Assembly: GCA_044869275.1 (NCBI GenBank)
Contig: JBIOXB010000184.1
Coordinates: 1-62,630, forward strand
DNA: 62,630 nucleotides
From: a bacterium
GTDB taxonomy: Bacteria; Zhuqueibacterota; Zhuqueibacteria; Zhuqueibacterales; Zhuqueibacteraceae
Reading direction: 5' to 3'
Shown: piece after piece, positions 42,485 to 52,925 of the stretch
Layout of the letters: every line of letters begins with the position of its first letter
Numbering within the stretch: the stretch's first letter is position 1
Notes under the pieces: model-generated
Databases searched by the model: none
What the model saw: only the letters and a program-made list of their open reading frames with translations
What the model was told of the DNA's origin: nothing
Translations under genes and position numbers: made by a program

Positions 42485-44326
42485 TCATCTCACCAGCGCA
42501 ATCTTTTGCGCTGCCCATTGTTCGCGGCCGTTCAAATCAATCATCTGCACGCGAATAAAATAAACCCCGTTGGCCACAAGTTCGCCGCGAGTGTTCCGGC
42601 CATCCCAAGCGTGTGCGTGGCGACCGGGTTCCCGCCAGGCAGTTTGAAATGCCCGCACTTGTCTTCCCAAGAAATCATACACAAATATACTCACAGACGC
42701 GCGCTGCGCCAGTTCATAGTGAATGGCCGCCGCCGTGGTTTGCAGCCTCCAGGGATTGGGAAAACCGGGATACAACCGGAAACTCTGCACCGGTGCGGCA
42801 TTTTCATCTTCCGCCACAGCAGCTATGTTTTGGTTCAAAATCGTTCGGCGGACGATGCGCGCGCCGAACTCGTCTACAATTTCCAAGATCACGGAATCCG
42901 CGCCGCAGACGGTGACGCGCCCGTAGGCATCGTTAAAGGTGTCGGTTTGCCCGCCGCCGTTCCAAATATCGTAACCGAACAATTGCAAGAGCAACACGAA
43001 ACGCGAATTGGCCTGGTCGAGCGCTCCCGCCATCAACTCGGGCAAGCCGGCATTCTCGCCGCCATCAATTGCCGAGGTATGCGAGTCGCCGGTGAGCACG
43101 ACGACGTTTCTGACGTCATTCTCTTTGAGAAACTGCAGCAAGCGCTCCTGATCCGCTGGGAATCCTGCCCACTTGTCGCACAGCTCTAGAGCCACGCGCA
43201 GCAGCGACTGCGTGCCCAGGCCCGGCAGGAAAACCATGCTGTCCTGCAAACTGACGGAGAGATCGATCAATCCCCGCAAGGACTTGTTGAACGGCACGGT
43301 GGAAACCAGGAATTTCCAGTCCGCGGTCGAAGCCTTCAGCTCACGCAGCAGCCACTGCAATTGATTCTCACCAGGCAAAGCCGGATCGCCGGCGAGCATG
43401 GAATGTGAAGGTGGCGGCGCGAACTCGATGCTGTCCGTCGCCGCGTTTCGGCGAAAAGCCTCGAAATTCGGGGAGCGTTGGGAGCGCGTATCGAGCATGA
43501 AAAAATCCGCATTGCCGCACGCAAATTTATGCCAAATGCCACCTTGCGCATGGGCGAGAGGATAGCCTGGAAAAAGCTCGCGATAGCCTCGCACGCTGTT
43601 TTCACGCGGGGCGGATGAAACCGAAATCGTGGTGAACGAATCCGCACGGGGATAGCTCATGGCCGAGGCGTTGTCGTTCATATAGTCGTGATCGTCGTAA
43701 ACGTAGTCTACCGGCGCCAGACGCAAAACTTCTTGCAGGGCATAAGCCGTGTCATATTTGGCGCGATAGCTGGCTTGCACGCGCGCCCAATTTGCACTGA
43801 AAACATCCGTGGGATTTTGCGGCGAGTCCGTGTTATCGCGATATCCCCAATCGCCGATTTGCAGAAGGAAACGCGGCTCGTCTTGCGCGATGACTGCAAA
43901 AACGCGGCCATCTTCCGGCTGGTGCTGTGCGCGAGTGACGATACAAGAGCCAAAAGCGAAATGAAAGTTTTCGCGTTCACCCTCGCGAGGAAATGTCTTG
44001 AAACGCCGGACTTCACCCACGGGCTGGCCGTTCACGAGGGCTTGATAGTAATAAAGCTGGCTGGGCAACAATTGCGCGACGGCGATCAGCGCCGCATAAT
44101 CGTGCTCGGCATCCGTGTTCACCGGCTGGCCGAGAAGGCGCTGGCTGAAATCAATGTTTTTGGACAATTGCACGTTCGCAGAAGCAGAGGGAACGAGGCG
44201 CAGATAAAAACGCGCCGAACTTGAAGTGACCGCGCCGGCAAAGGGACCGTGGGTGAGGGATTGTGCGGCGGCGAAGCCGTTCCCGAGAAATGCGAGGGCG
44301 AAAATCAACTCGAGGGTGCGATTCAT
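42485..44326 (-). CDS. PhoD-like alkaline phosphatase with C-terminal FlgD-Ig/sorting domain
   Basis: Signal peptide, FAFGSC, GDWGY, DDHD, LDTRSQR, LTGDSH; C-terminal FPNP...WDG. Confidence 0.85.
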   Translation of the reverse strand: MNRTLELIFALAFLGNGFAAAQSLTHGPFAGAVTSSSARFYLRLVPSASANVQLSKNIDFSQRLLGQPVNTDAEHDYAALIAVAQLLPSQLYYYQALVNGQPVGEVRRFKTFPREGERENFHFAFGSCIVTRAQHQPEDGRVFAVIAQDEPRFLLQIGDWGYRDNTDSPQNPTDVFSANWARVQASYRAKYDTAYALQEVLRLAPVDYVYDDHDYMNDNASAMSYPRADSFTTISVSSAPRENSVRGYRELFPGYPLAHAQGGIWHKFACGNADFFMLDTRSQRSPNFEAFRRNAATDSIEFAPPPSHSMLAGDPALPGENQLQWLLRELKASTADWKFLVSTVPFNKSLRGLIDLSVSLQDSMVFLPGLGTQSLLRVALELCDKWAGFPADQERLLQFLKENDVRNVVVLTGDSHTSAIDGGENAGLPELMAGALDQANSRFVLLLQLFGYDIWNGGGQTDTFNDAYGRVTVCGADSVILEIVDEFGARIVRRTILNQNIAAVAEDENAAPVQSFRLYPGFPNPWRLQTTAAAIHYELAQRASVSIFVYDFLGRQVRAFQTAWREPGRHAHAWDGRNTRGELVANGVYFIRVQMIDLNGREQWAAQKIALVR

Positions 44327-44414
44327 GTTCCGGCAGAATAATTTGAAGTTACTGGTTGCGCAAACTCTGCGAGAGAGCCGGCGCTTTGGGTTACGAGGAG
44401 GCCGCTGCGTAGTG

Positions 44415-45026
44415 TTATCCCAATCGATTTTGCACGGCCTGGCTAATGGCGGCCAGAATATTGACCGGGCTGGAGGAAACATCGATGAACTCAATCAAGC
44501 TTGGGGGGAAGCAAGCCAAGGTCGCAGCGGTTTGCCTCCCATAAACCTCGAAGCGCCGGCGAATCACTTCTTCGTGCGCGTCGTCCATGCGATCCTCCAA
44601 CACTGCCCGGCGGTTCAAGCGCATGATCAAAATCTCGCGATCGGCGCAATCCAATTGTAAAATGAGCTCGACGAGAGCGACGGACTTCAGCATTTCGGCC
44701 TGGTGCGGGGTGCGCGGGAAACCATCCAAAACAAGAATGTCCCGGTGCGGCCTGAATGAGCCGATGATCGTCGCATTCTTCGTGTGTTCCTGCCATAAAT
44801 CAAATGCCATTTGATCCGGCACCAGCTCGCCTCTGCGCATAATGCCGGCAACTTTCATGCCGATTTCGCTGTCAACGTCCAGCATGCGAAACATGTCACC
44901 GGTGGAAAAATGATAGAATCCCGGCACCATACCCAGGATTTTACCCCAGGTGCCCTTGCCCGAGCCGGGCGGGCCGAAAAGCAGAATGGTATGGTACGGC
45001 GGCGTTGTCGTCGAGGCATTGCTCAT
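44415..45026 (-). CDS. Adenylate kinase family nucleoside monophosphate kinase (short LID)
   Basis: GPPGSGKGT, STGDMFR, GELVPD, LDGFPRT, R.DD. Confidence 0.85.
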   Translation of the reverse strand: MSNASTTTPPYHTILLFGPPGSGKGTWGKILGMVPGFYHFSTGDMFRMLDVDSEIGMKVAGIMRRGELVPDQMAFDLWQEHTKNATIIGSFRPHRDILVLDGFPRTPHQAEMLKSVALVELILQLDCADREILIMRLNRRAVLEDRMDDAHEEVIRRRFEVYGRQTAATLACFPPSLIEFIDVSSSPVNILAAISQAVQNRLG

Positions 45027-45213
45027 GAAGATCTTCCTCCACAAAAGCAAGTGCAGCCTGACTGGCCCTGCAAACTTTTCGGCAATTCATGCACCCAGGG
45101 TGTGCAAATCCACCTTCAGTGAAATTGAAAGTAGCCGAAATTTTTCTTTTGTGCAAGCGGGACTTTGCTTGTATATTCTACGAATCACTGGCACTTACCA
45201 TATGGAGAGAAGC

Positions 45214-45501
45214 ATGCACTGCTACTTCTGCCACAACGAAATCTCACTCGAAGGCAAACCAGGCCGGCGCGAGACGTGTTCGAAATGCGCGGCCTACTTG
45301 CACTGCTGCCGCAACTGCCGCTTTTATGACCTCAATGCGCACCATCAATGCCGCGAGCCGCAGGCAGATTTCGTAAAAGATAAAGAAATGGGAAATTTTT
45401 GCGACTATTTCGAGCCGGGAACAACAGCCGAAGTGAGCGGAAGCGATCGCGCCGCGGAAGCGAGAAAGAAGTTGGAGGCGCTCTTTAAAAAAGCAGAATG
45501 A
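45214..45501 (+). CDS. Small Cys-rich (putative zinc-binding) protein
   Basis: CxxC...CxxC...CCxxC...C...NFCDYF; GGAG RBS. Confidence 0.8.
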   Translation: MHCYFCHNEISLEGKPGRRETCSKCAAYLHCCRNCRFYDLNAHHQCREPQADFVKDKEMGNFCDYFEPGTTAEVSGSDRAAEARKKLEALFKKAE

Positions 45502-45605
45502 AGAGCACCAAAGCTGTCAAGCGCTCGTGTATTCTTAAGCGGGAGGGACATTCAGCCCGGCCTATTTGCAAAGAGTAGTGGTGGCCTTGACTTAATGTTG
45601 TCGTA

Positions 45606-45785
45606 CTATTCAGCTCTGGAAGATTGAGGAGGGCGTTTCGTTTTCAGGGAAATTTCATGCACCGTAGATTTTCCCAAATCCGAGCGTTCTGCGCGATGGT
45701 GGCGATGCAAGCGCAGCCAAAATTTCACCAACAGAACCAAAATGATCACGCTGGCGGCCGCAATAATCCAGGCGTAAGACTCCAT
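45606..45785 (-). CDS. 59-aa single-pass membrane protein (not in the ORF track)
   Basis: MESYAWIIAAASVIILVLLVKFWLRLHRHHR...; GAGAGGA upstream; 31 bp after the TPR gene on the same strand. Confidence 0.6.
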   Translation of the reverse strand: MESYAWIIAAASVIILVLLVKFWLRLHRHHRAERSDLGKSTVHEISLKTKRPPQSSRAE

Positions 45786-45816
45786 ATTCCTCTCAAAGCT
45801 CTTTTCGAAAATTTGA

Positions 45817-46296
45817 TTAATTCAAATTCGCGCGCAGGCGTTGCAAGCCGTCGCTCGCGATTTTATAATCCGGGCGCAGAGACAGAGCGCGCTCGTAAGC
45901 TTCCAGCGCCAGCGGCCATAGGCCCTTCATGTCATAAATGGTCGCCAAATTTGCGTATGGAAATTCGGGATTTTCATAGCGCAGCGCTTGCATGGCTTTT
46001 TTGAGCCAGGGAATGGCTTCGTCAAGCCTGCCTTGCTGCATGAGATACACGCCGATGTCGTTGTAAGGATTGCCGTAATCCGGATCGAGTGAAATGGCGC
46101 GATGGCATTCTTCAATGGCTTCGTCCAGGCGGCCCATCATGCCGTAGGTCCAGCCTAGAAAAGTGTGCGCTTCGGCCGTGGGCTCGACCTCCAGGGACTT
46201 TTTATAATAGGCGACGGCTTGTTCCAAATTTCCGGCCATTTGCAGATCGTACGCCTGGCGCAACAACCGCAGGGCCTCTTGCCTCAATTTTTCCAT
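45817..46296 (-). CDS. TPR protein
   Basis: AEAHTFLGW, GNPYNDIG and further TPR repeats. Confidence 0.88.
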   Translation of the reverse strand: MEKLRQEALRLLRQAYDLQMAGNLEQAVAYYKKSLEVEPTAEAHTFLGWTYGMMGRLDEAIEECHRAISLDPDYGNPYNDIGVYLMQQGRLDEAIPWLKKAMQALRYENPEFPYANLATIYDMKGLWPLALEAYERALSLRPDYKIASDGLQRLRANLN

Positions 46297-47792
46297 AGAG
46301 AATAGGCTGATTCCACGTTCGAAAGCGGCGAGGCCTGCAAGGCTTGCAGGCCGTCTGCCACGTAAGGTGTTCGCCGCATACCCAGCAGCACGGCGTCGAT
46401 ACCGTTGGTGTTCAACAACACGCGCAAAGCCTTTTGCGAAAGGGTGTTAGAACTTTTGAGTCCGGGAACGACTGTGCTCAATTGTGCGGACCATCGTTGC
46501 GAATTGTCCGCGACGCTGCGGCGGGAATAGAATGCGGTCAAAGTGTTCACCACGCTGGACAGAGCGCGGCGAAACCGGCTTTCCCAATCTACCCAAGCCG
46601 GCGCTGACCCGGTCAAATCGCGCAGAACATGCAAGGCGCGCTCGCTTTGCGGTTCAATCATATATTGTTTGGCATAATCCCAATGCCCCCAGTCGCGAAA
46701 CAGGTGCAGACCCTCCTGCAATTGCTCCGCCCAATACAAACCACCAGCGAGGCCTTGCCGTTGTCGCGGGAGCGAAAACTGCGGCACGAGTTTTTGGTGA
46801 AAATCTTCTTCCACCTTGGAGAGCGACGCGAGCTGCGCTGGAAAAATTTGTTCCGCTTCCGGGGACGAGATCATTTGAAAATCTGCCAACCGCATCATCG
46901 CTTGGGCCGTCATGGCATTCAATGGCCGGTTGACGAGCGTGCCGAGACCATGTGTGCGCGCGCATTGCAACAAAGTCTGCCGGCCTTGATGTTGATTCTT
47001 TTCAAGGCCAGCGCCGGACTCGAAGAGATTCATCGGGAATTGTATGACGCCGAAATGAGATTGCGGCGAAACCTTTTCGGCAATCTCCCAAACGCGTTCC
47101 AGCGAAGTGAATTCCGCATGCGCCGAGGCCTGCGGGAAAGTGTTCGAGGAGATGCCGTACCAGCCGATTTTACCGGCGGCCACTTGCGCTTCGAGAAAAC
47201 GAAAAGCGGCTTCAATGCGGCGATAATATTCGGCGCGCGCGCCGGGCAAATCCAGGCGCTGCTTTCTGGCATGCGACAAAAAGTATTCCGGGTTGTGCAA
47301 CAGAAGAACGTCCAGGCGCTCGAGTTGCAGTCGCGACAAACTACGCGCAAGCTGATCCTGTAAGAATTCGGGATGAAGGCAGTGCCAGCACCCTTCCATG
47401 TATTTCACCATCTCCGCAAACGGACGGCCGGCGATTTCGCGCTCCTGCGCGAGTTTTAGGTTCTGGCCCTGCACATAGCCTGCCTTCGAAACGACAACGA
47501 CTTCCTCACGCCGGAGTTCGCCGGCGGCAAGCAACTCCCGCAAAATGCGCCCGACCAATGCCTCGGATTCGCCGTCGCCGTAATTTGTCGAGGTGTCGAT
47601 CAAATTGATGCCGTGGCGCAGTGCGTATCTCAGGGCCTCGGCATGATCCAGGGTTACCTGATCGACACGATAGCAGCCAAATCCCAGCCGGCTCACGTGC
47701 AAGCCTGTTCTGCCCAAAACGCAAACGGCATGCGCAGATAATTCCGCACGCTGCTGAAAAAGGTGCGTGTGTTCAGGCGTTGCACCGGGCAT
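46284..47792 (-). CDS. Aldo/keto reductase family protein
   Basis: GFGCYR, IDTSTNYGDG.SE, LLHNPE, GISSN. Confidence 0.88.
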   Translation of the reverse strand: MPGATPEHTHLFQQRAELSAHAVCVLGRTGLHVSRLGFGCYRVDQVTLDHAEALRYALRHGINLIDTSTNYGDGESEALVGRILRELLAAGELRREEVVVVSKAGYVQGQNLKLAQEREIAGRPFAEMVKYMEGCWHCLHPEFLQDQLARSLSRLQLERLDVLLLHNPEYFLSHARKQRLDLPGARAEYYRRIEAAFRFLEAQVAAGKIGWYGISSNTFPQASAHAEFTSLERVWEIAEKVSPQSHFGVIQFPMNLFESGAGLEKNQHQGRQTLLQCARTHGLGTLVNRPLNAMTAQAMMRLADFQMISSPEAEQIFPAQLASLSKVEEDFHQKLVPQFSLPRQRQGLAGGLYWAEQLQEGLHLFRDWGHWDYAKQYMIEPQSERALHVLRDLTGSAPAWVDWESRFRRALSSVVNTLTAFYSRRSVADNSQRWSAQLSTVVPGLKSSNTLSQKALRVLLNTNGIDAVLLGMRRTPYVADGLQALQASPLSNVESAYSLWKN

Positions 47793-48137
47793 TCATTCCT
47801 CTCCGAAATAGCGAAAAATGAGGTGTGCGTCTCCAGTGGGATTTTCCGAGGCGCTGCTGCGATCGGGCTTCGAGCGGTCGGCCAGGCGCATCGCCGCCGC
47901 CCGCACTTCCGCGGGAACGGAAGAATCGGCAGCCAGCTTGCGCAGTCCGAGGATAAACGTCGGTGCATAATCGTGGGAAGCCGGACCGATGCCGATTTTC
48001 GCGCGCAAAATCATGCCCACGGCGCGCCGCGCACAGGTGCGCGCGCGGCCGATATGGCCGGCAGCCTGCGCCGCCCGCGCCTCGGCGATTTCATCGCCAT
48101 GCGTTCTGCCGGGGCGCGCTTCTCGCTCATCGCTCAT
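47793..48137 (-). CDS. Hypothetical protein
   Basis: Tightly packed between neighbours; GRARTCARRA motif. Confidence 0.55.
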   Translation of the reverse strand: MSDEREARPGRTHGDEIAEARAAQAAGHIGRARTCARRAVGMILRAKIGIGPASHDYAPTFILGLRKLAADSSVPAEVRAAAMRLADRSKPDRSSASENPTGDAHLIFRYFGEE

Positions 48138-48376
48138 TCTTTTTCGCCGCCCTCGAGCTCACCGTTCCAGCAGCCGCGCGGCATTGCCGCCCCAAACCAA
48201 TTCCTCAGCCAGCGTTGCAAATGCGTTTTGAGGTCACGATCGGGCAACTCAATTTTTGTGCGGGCCGCGAGCTCGGCAAGTGCCCGCTCGACGCTGGCAT
48301 AAACATCTTTTTGGCGCACCAGGGCGGCGAAAAAATCGTGCGGAAAAAAGTGCAGGTGGGAATCAACAATGAACAT
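48134..48376 (-). pseudogene. Probable truncated amidohydrolase N-terminal fragment
   Basis: Begins IVDSHLHFF (DxHxH) but is only 80 aa. Confidence 0.45.
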
Positions 48377-48497
48377 GTGAAGCTCTCGTCTGTTCGTGCG
48401 GCGACAAGATACACAAAGGCCCAGGCAAAGTCAAGACGGGCTTCCGGGCAGGTTGGTGACGAAGAAGCAGCCGTTATTGAAGCTTTGAAACGTTGGC

Positions 48498-48629
48498 CAG
48501 TTACCAGTGCACTCACTGTTGAAAAAGTGAAAGCTGTCTCCCACGGAAATGGAAACCTACGAAAAAAGACTTTTCATTTCCGTCGGAGTACCACTTTCGT
48601 GGGCGATAAATTCTTTCTGGTTCCGGCTT
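48498..48629. repeat. ~130-bp dispersed palindromic repeat, copy 2
   Basis: Aligns with 22759-22889 in the same orientation. Confidence 0.85.
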
Positions 48630-48637
48630 CGTGCAGG

Positions 48638-49504
48638 TTATGGCAACTTGATGACCAAGGCGAAGATGGGAATCGGGGGACTTTCCAGAGTGCTGCGACC
48701 TGCAGCGGAATCGACGATTTCGTATTTCGAAATATCCACCACCCACTTCGCCACCACCGTCCCCACCAACGCTCCCACCACCACGTCGGTGAGATAATGT
48801 TTGTCCGCGCCGATACGCATCAGGCCCGTCATGGTGGCAGCAAGATACACGCCCCACACTTCCGCATCGCCGAGATTCTTTCCTTGAAAACGGTGCAACA
48901 TGCGATGATGAAAGGAGGCCGAAGCGAAGGTTGTCGAAGTATGCCCGGAGAAAAATGATTGATTGGCATTTTCGCGATTGGCGCGCTCATAAAACGGCGA
49001 ATCGAAATTGCGGTAAGACAGCCATGGCCGGTGCCGCCGCGAGGCGACTTTGACGATGTTCGTCGCCAGCAAATTGACGGCCTGCGATTCCGCGTAAGAA
49101 AAGATAAAGGCCGCATCATCGAATTTGGTGAAGGGCTGGGAATGAAACTCGTACGCCGGCTCATTTTGCCGGGGGAAATACAGCAGGGGATAAACCGTGA
49201 TCGCCAGGTGCAAAATATCGCTGATTTTTTGCGGCACCGCTTCCCGGTTTTGAAAAAGGCCATTGTGCAGCAGCGCACGCGCGGCTTGATCGACGGGATT
49301 TTTCCAGCCGCGATCGCGTTTGAGATAGTCGGGGTCAGGGCGATGATATTTCTCCTCGAGCCAAAGAGCGAGGGGAAAGCCGGACACCAAAGCGCTCTCG
49401 TATCGGCTGAGCTGCAAGAGATGCTGCGGCGTTTGGCTCTGTGCCTCAGGCGGAAAGAAAGAACCTAATCTCAGAACAATGGCAAAAAGCAGGAATCTTT
49501 TCAT
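48638..49504 (-). CDS. PAP2 family phosphatase
   Basis: K....R.RP, SFFSGHT, R.GADKHYLTDV. Confidence 0.88.
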   Translation of the reverse strand: MKRFLLFAIVLRLGSFFPPEAQSQTPQHLLQLSRYESALVSGFPLALWLEEKYHRPDPDYLKRDRGWKNPVDQAARALLHNGLFQNREAVPQKISDILHLAITVYPLLYFPRQNEPAYEFHSQPFTKFDDAAFIFSYAESQAVNLLATNIVKVASRRHRPWLSYRNFDSPFYERANRENANQSFFSGHTSTTFASASFHHRMLHRFQGKNLGDAEVWGVYLAATMTGLMRIGADKHYLTDVVVGALVGTVVAKWVVDISKYEIVDSAAGRSTLESPPIPIFALVIKLP

Positions 49505-49935
49505 AGGCCACAGGCCTCGTTTTCCTCGAGGCTGGCGATTCCCAAAAATTTGTTGACGCCGCAGCGCTTGGTGACGATATTGAAAATAATGGAGGAGATA
49601 AAAAACAGCCCGATCACAATCCCCAGCCAGCGCAGCCCCAAGGTGGTGCAGGCCAGCATCACGAACGGCAGGGCAATCAACAGTATACCGGCAAAATGCG
49701 TCGTTTGTGAAAAGACCAGCCCCGCCATAAGCAGGATGGTGCCGATCATGGCAATGAGCAGCGCACTGATTTTCAGCGCACTAAAAGACGAGCCCATCCA
49801 CATCGCCACGGTCAAAGCGCATAAGGCCAGAGCAGCGACATAGCGCGTGGGCAAATCGCCCCCTCTCATACCGACATTGATAGGCACGCCGAGTCTTTCA
49901 ACGGCAAGGATCAAAACGTTCGAAGGTTCTAGCAT
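49501..49935 (-). CDS. Small membrane protein
   Basis: Several hydrophobic helices; C-terminal RCGVNKFLG. Confidence 0.65.
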   Translation of the reverse strand: MLEPSNVLILAVERLGVPINVGMRGGDLPTRYVAALALCALTVAMWMGSSFSALKISALLIAMIGTILLMAGLVFSQTTHFAGILLIALPFVMLACTTLGLRWLGIVIGLFFISSIIFNIVTKRCGVNKFLGIASLEENEACGL

Positions 49936-50008
49936 GGTTTCTTTTCTTCAATTACACGTTACACTTTACACGTTACACGCTTCTCGTGTAAAGTGTAAGA
50001 TTTTTCCT

Positions 50009-51088
50009 TCACTCGTCCGAATCATCCCGCGTGGTTTCCGACGAGGCTTTTGATTTCTTCCCGCTCTTCAATGAATGAAACGCAATGCCGCGGATACTCG
50101 ATCCTTCTTTCGCTTGCAAAGCGGCGAGCACGGCCGCGGGATTGCTTTCCTTCGGCGTCCGGCCGACGTATTCGAAAATCGTGTGATGGTTTTCGCCGGC
50201 GTGTATGCCCGCGAGCTCCCATTTGCCACCATATTCAGCAAGCGTCTTCTCGATATGATTTTGCGCTTTCGCCGCCTCCGTCGCGGCGATGACCCAAGCG
50301 GCATTGGCTTTCTTTTTCGTATTGGCGCTGGCCGCCAGTTCCGCATAATGCCGCAAGCGCACCTGCCGCTCCAAATCCTGCTCAAGGCGCTGCGCGATTT
50401 CAGGCGAAGTCAAATCGAACAGGCGTTGTGCCTGTTTTTGCAGGTTCTTGCCGCCTGGGTTTTCGCCCAAGACGGCGGAGCCGCCCGCTGGCCGTGCTTG
50501 TAAGATCTTGCCGAATCTATATTTCCACATCAGCAACAACGTGAGCGACATCGCGATGGAAAGCCACACGGCGATGAGATAAACCCCGAAGCCGCACGCC
50601 ATCCCGATCGCAACGGCAATGAAAATATAGACCGCATCTTTGGGATCCTTCAACGTATTCCGGAAACGCACCGCCGCCACCACGCCCACCAGGCTGAACG
50701 CGCGCGCCAGATCCGAGCCGACCACGATCATCACGCCGGTCACGACCATGGTGAGGATCACGAGCGTTTGCACCATCGAGGGATCGGGTTCCTCCTCGAT
50801 TTTCGTGAAAGTATAGACCCAGGCGATCGGCAAGGAAAATAGGAACGCGAGCAACAATGAGAAAATCGTGACCACGAACTGGTCAAATTCCATCCAAAAA
50901 TTGAAGGTCTGCTGAATGAGGGCCCCGATCTTTTGAAACTGCTGCAAATCAAAGCGCAGCGCGAGCTCGCGCAACAACAGGCTCGTCAAGAGAATAAAAA
51001 AGAAAAGCAGCGCATAATAGGCCACCAGCCGCGCGGGCCGTGAGCGTACATCGACTGCCGCCTTCGTGCTTTGCACCTCGCGCACCAC
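50009..51088 (-). CDS. DUF4956-like membrane protein
   Basis: LARAFSLVG..AAVRFR..LKDPKD, IGMACG. Confidence 0.8.
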   Translation of the reverse strand: MVREVQSTKAAVDVRSRPARLVAYYALLFFFILLTSLLLRELALRFDLQQFQKIGALIQQTFNFWMEFDQFVVTIFSLLLAFLFSLPIAWVYTFTKIEEEPDPSMVQTLVILTMVVTGVMIVVGSDLARAFSLVGVVAAVRFRNTLKDPKDAVYIFIAVAIGMACGFGVYLIAVWLSIAMSLTLLLMWKYRFGKILQARPAGGSAVLGENPGGKNLQKQAQRLFDLTSPEIAQRLEQDLERQVRLRHYAELAASANTKKKANAAWVIAATEAAKAQNHIEKTLAEYGGKWELAGIHAGENHHTIFEYVGRTPKESNPAAVLAALQAKEGSSIRGIAFHSLKSGKKSKASSETTRDDSDE

Positions 51089-51245
51089 TGTCTCCTCCGA
51101 CTGATGAGGCTATGGAATGATCCTGCGGATTGTAAAAAATCAACCGCCAGCAAGAAAAAGCTAATCAATTTTGGTTGAAGATGCAACCGGAGAGTTGCGA
51201 CATGAAGTGAAGCGCGCCCAAGGCAGCCGCAGAGCCAAAAAGAAT

Positions 51246-51274
51246 TTGCATTTATTTTGCATTCTCGCTATACT
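51246..51274 (+). promoter_or_regulatory. Candidate sigma70 promoter
   Basis: TTGCAT-N17-TATACT upstream of the carboxyltransferase gene. Confidence 0.55.
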
Positions 51275-51373
51275 GCTCGAACCGATAACACCATGATCGC
51301 TTCCGCACGAGGCCATGGACCTCGCGGTGGCTCGCTCGCAAGCGCGGATCGAACCCTCTGATGCGAATGCTCC

Positions 51374-52924
51374 ATGACGAATGCTGAAAAACTTGCGCGA
51401 TTGCGTGCTTTGCAAGAGCAAGCACTGCACGGCGGCGGCGAGGGGCGCATCCGGCAGCAGCACGAAAAAGGCAAGCTCACGGCGCGCGAACGCCTCGAGA
51501 TTCTGCTCGACCCGGGCAGTTTTCAAGAATTGGACAAGCTGGTGCAACACCGCTCGCGCGACTTCGGCCTCGACAAACAGAAATTTCTAGGCGACGGCGT
51601 GGTCACGGGCCACGGCCATATCGCCGGGCGGCCGGTGTATGTCTTCTCCCAGGATTTCACCGTGCTTGGCGGCTCGCTTTCGGAAGCGCACGGCGCGAAA
51701 ATCTGCAAGATCATGGATCTCGCCATGAAAAACGGCGCGCCGATCATCGGGCTGAACGATTCCGGCGGAGCGCGCATTCAAGAAGGCGTGGTGAGCCTGG
51801 GCGCGTATGCCGACATTTTTTTGCGCAATACGCTGGCAAGCGGGGTGGTGCCGCAAATTTCGGCCATCCTCGGCCCGTGCGCCGGGGGCGCGGTGTATTC
51901 CCCGGCGATCAGCGATTTCATTTTTATGGTGCCGAAGATCAGCTACATGTTCGTCACCGGCCCGAGCGTGGTCAAAACCGTCACGCACGAGGAAGTTTCC
52001 TTCGAAGAATTGGGGGGCGCCGAGACGCATGCGACCAAAAGCGGTGTTGCGCATTTTCTTGCGGCAGACGAGATTTCCTGCCTGCGCCAGATTCGCCGCT
52101 TGATGGGCTTTCTGCCGCCCAACAATTGTGACGGCGCGCCGCTGCCTCCCATGCCCGATGATCCTCTTCGCCAGGACGAAAAACTGAATACGCTCGTGCC
52201 GGAAAATCCGAACCAGCCCTACGACATCAAAGCCGCCATCGTGAGCGTGGCGGACCACGGTGATTTCATGGAAGTGCACGAACAGTACGCGGCCAATATC
52301 GTCGTGGGTTTCGGACGGCTGGCAGGAAAGACCGTCGGCTTTGTCGCCAATCAGCCGGCGGTGCTCGCCGGTGTGCTGGATATTGATGCTTCGCTCAAGG
52401 CGGCGCGTTTCGTGAGATTCTGCGACGCCTTCAACATCCCTCTGGTGACTTTTGTCGACGTGCCGGGCTTTCTTCCGGGCACGGATCAGGAATGGCGCGG
52501 CATTATCAAGCACGGCGCCAAGTTGCTGTACGCCTATTGCGAAGCCACCGTGCCGAAAATCACCTTGATCACGCGCAAAGCCTACGGCGGCGCCTACGAC
52601 GTGATGAGCTCCAAACACATCCGCGGGGATATCAACTATGCCTGGCCCTCGGCGGAAATTGCCGTGATGGGCCCGCAAGGCGCGGTCGAGATTATCTTCA
52701 AAAAAGAGATCGAGCAATCCCAGAATCCGCAGGCCACGATGGCGGCCAAAGTACAGGAGTTTCGCGAAAAATTTGCCAATCCGTACGTTGCTGCCGAGCA
52801 CGGCTACCTCGACGATGTCATTGCGCCCGCGCACACGCGGCCCAAATTGATTGCCGCGCTCCACATGCTGGAAAACAAAGTCGATCACAATCCGCCTCGC
52901 AAGCACGGAAATATTCCTTTGTGA
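51374..52924 (+). CDS. pccB: Acyl-CoA carboxylase carboxyltransferase (propionyl-CoA carboxylase beta-like)
   Basis: [41 protein letters not shown]. Confidence 0.92.
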   Translation: MTNAEKLARLRALQEQALHGGGEGRIRQQHEKGKLTARERLEILLDPGSFQELDKLVQHRSRDFGLDKQKFLGDGVVTGHGHIAGRPVYVFSQDFTVLGGSLSEAHGAKICKIMDLAMKNGAPIIGLNDSGGARIQEGVVSLGAYADIFLRNTLASGVVPQISAILGPCAGGAVYSPAISDFIFMVPKISYMFVTGPSVVKTVTHEEVSFEELGGAETHATKSGVAHFLAADEISCLRQIRRLMGFLPPNNCDGAPLPPMPDDPLRQDEKLNTLVPENPNQPYDIKAAIVSVADHGDFMEVHEQYAANIVVGFGRLAGKTVGFVANQPAVLAGVLDIDASLKAARFVRFCDAFNIPLVTFVDVPGFLPGTDQEWRGIIKHGAKLLYAYCEATVPKITLITRKAYGGAYDVMSSKHIRGDINYAWPSAEIAVMGPQGAVEIIFKKEIEQSQNPQATMAAKVQEFREKFANPYVAAEHGYLDDVIAPAHTRPKLIAALHMLENKVDHNPPRKHGNIPL

Positions 52925-52925
52925 A

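Noticed and set aside
42250..42558. 102-aa plus-strand ORF
   Set aside because: No recognisable motif and it overlaps the PhoD 3' end; cannot be supported.
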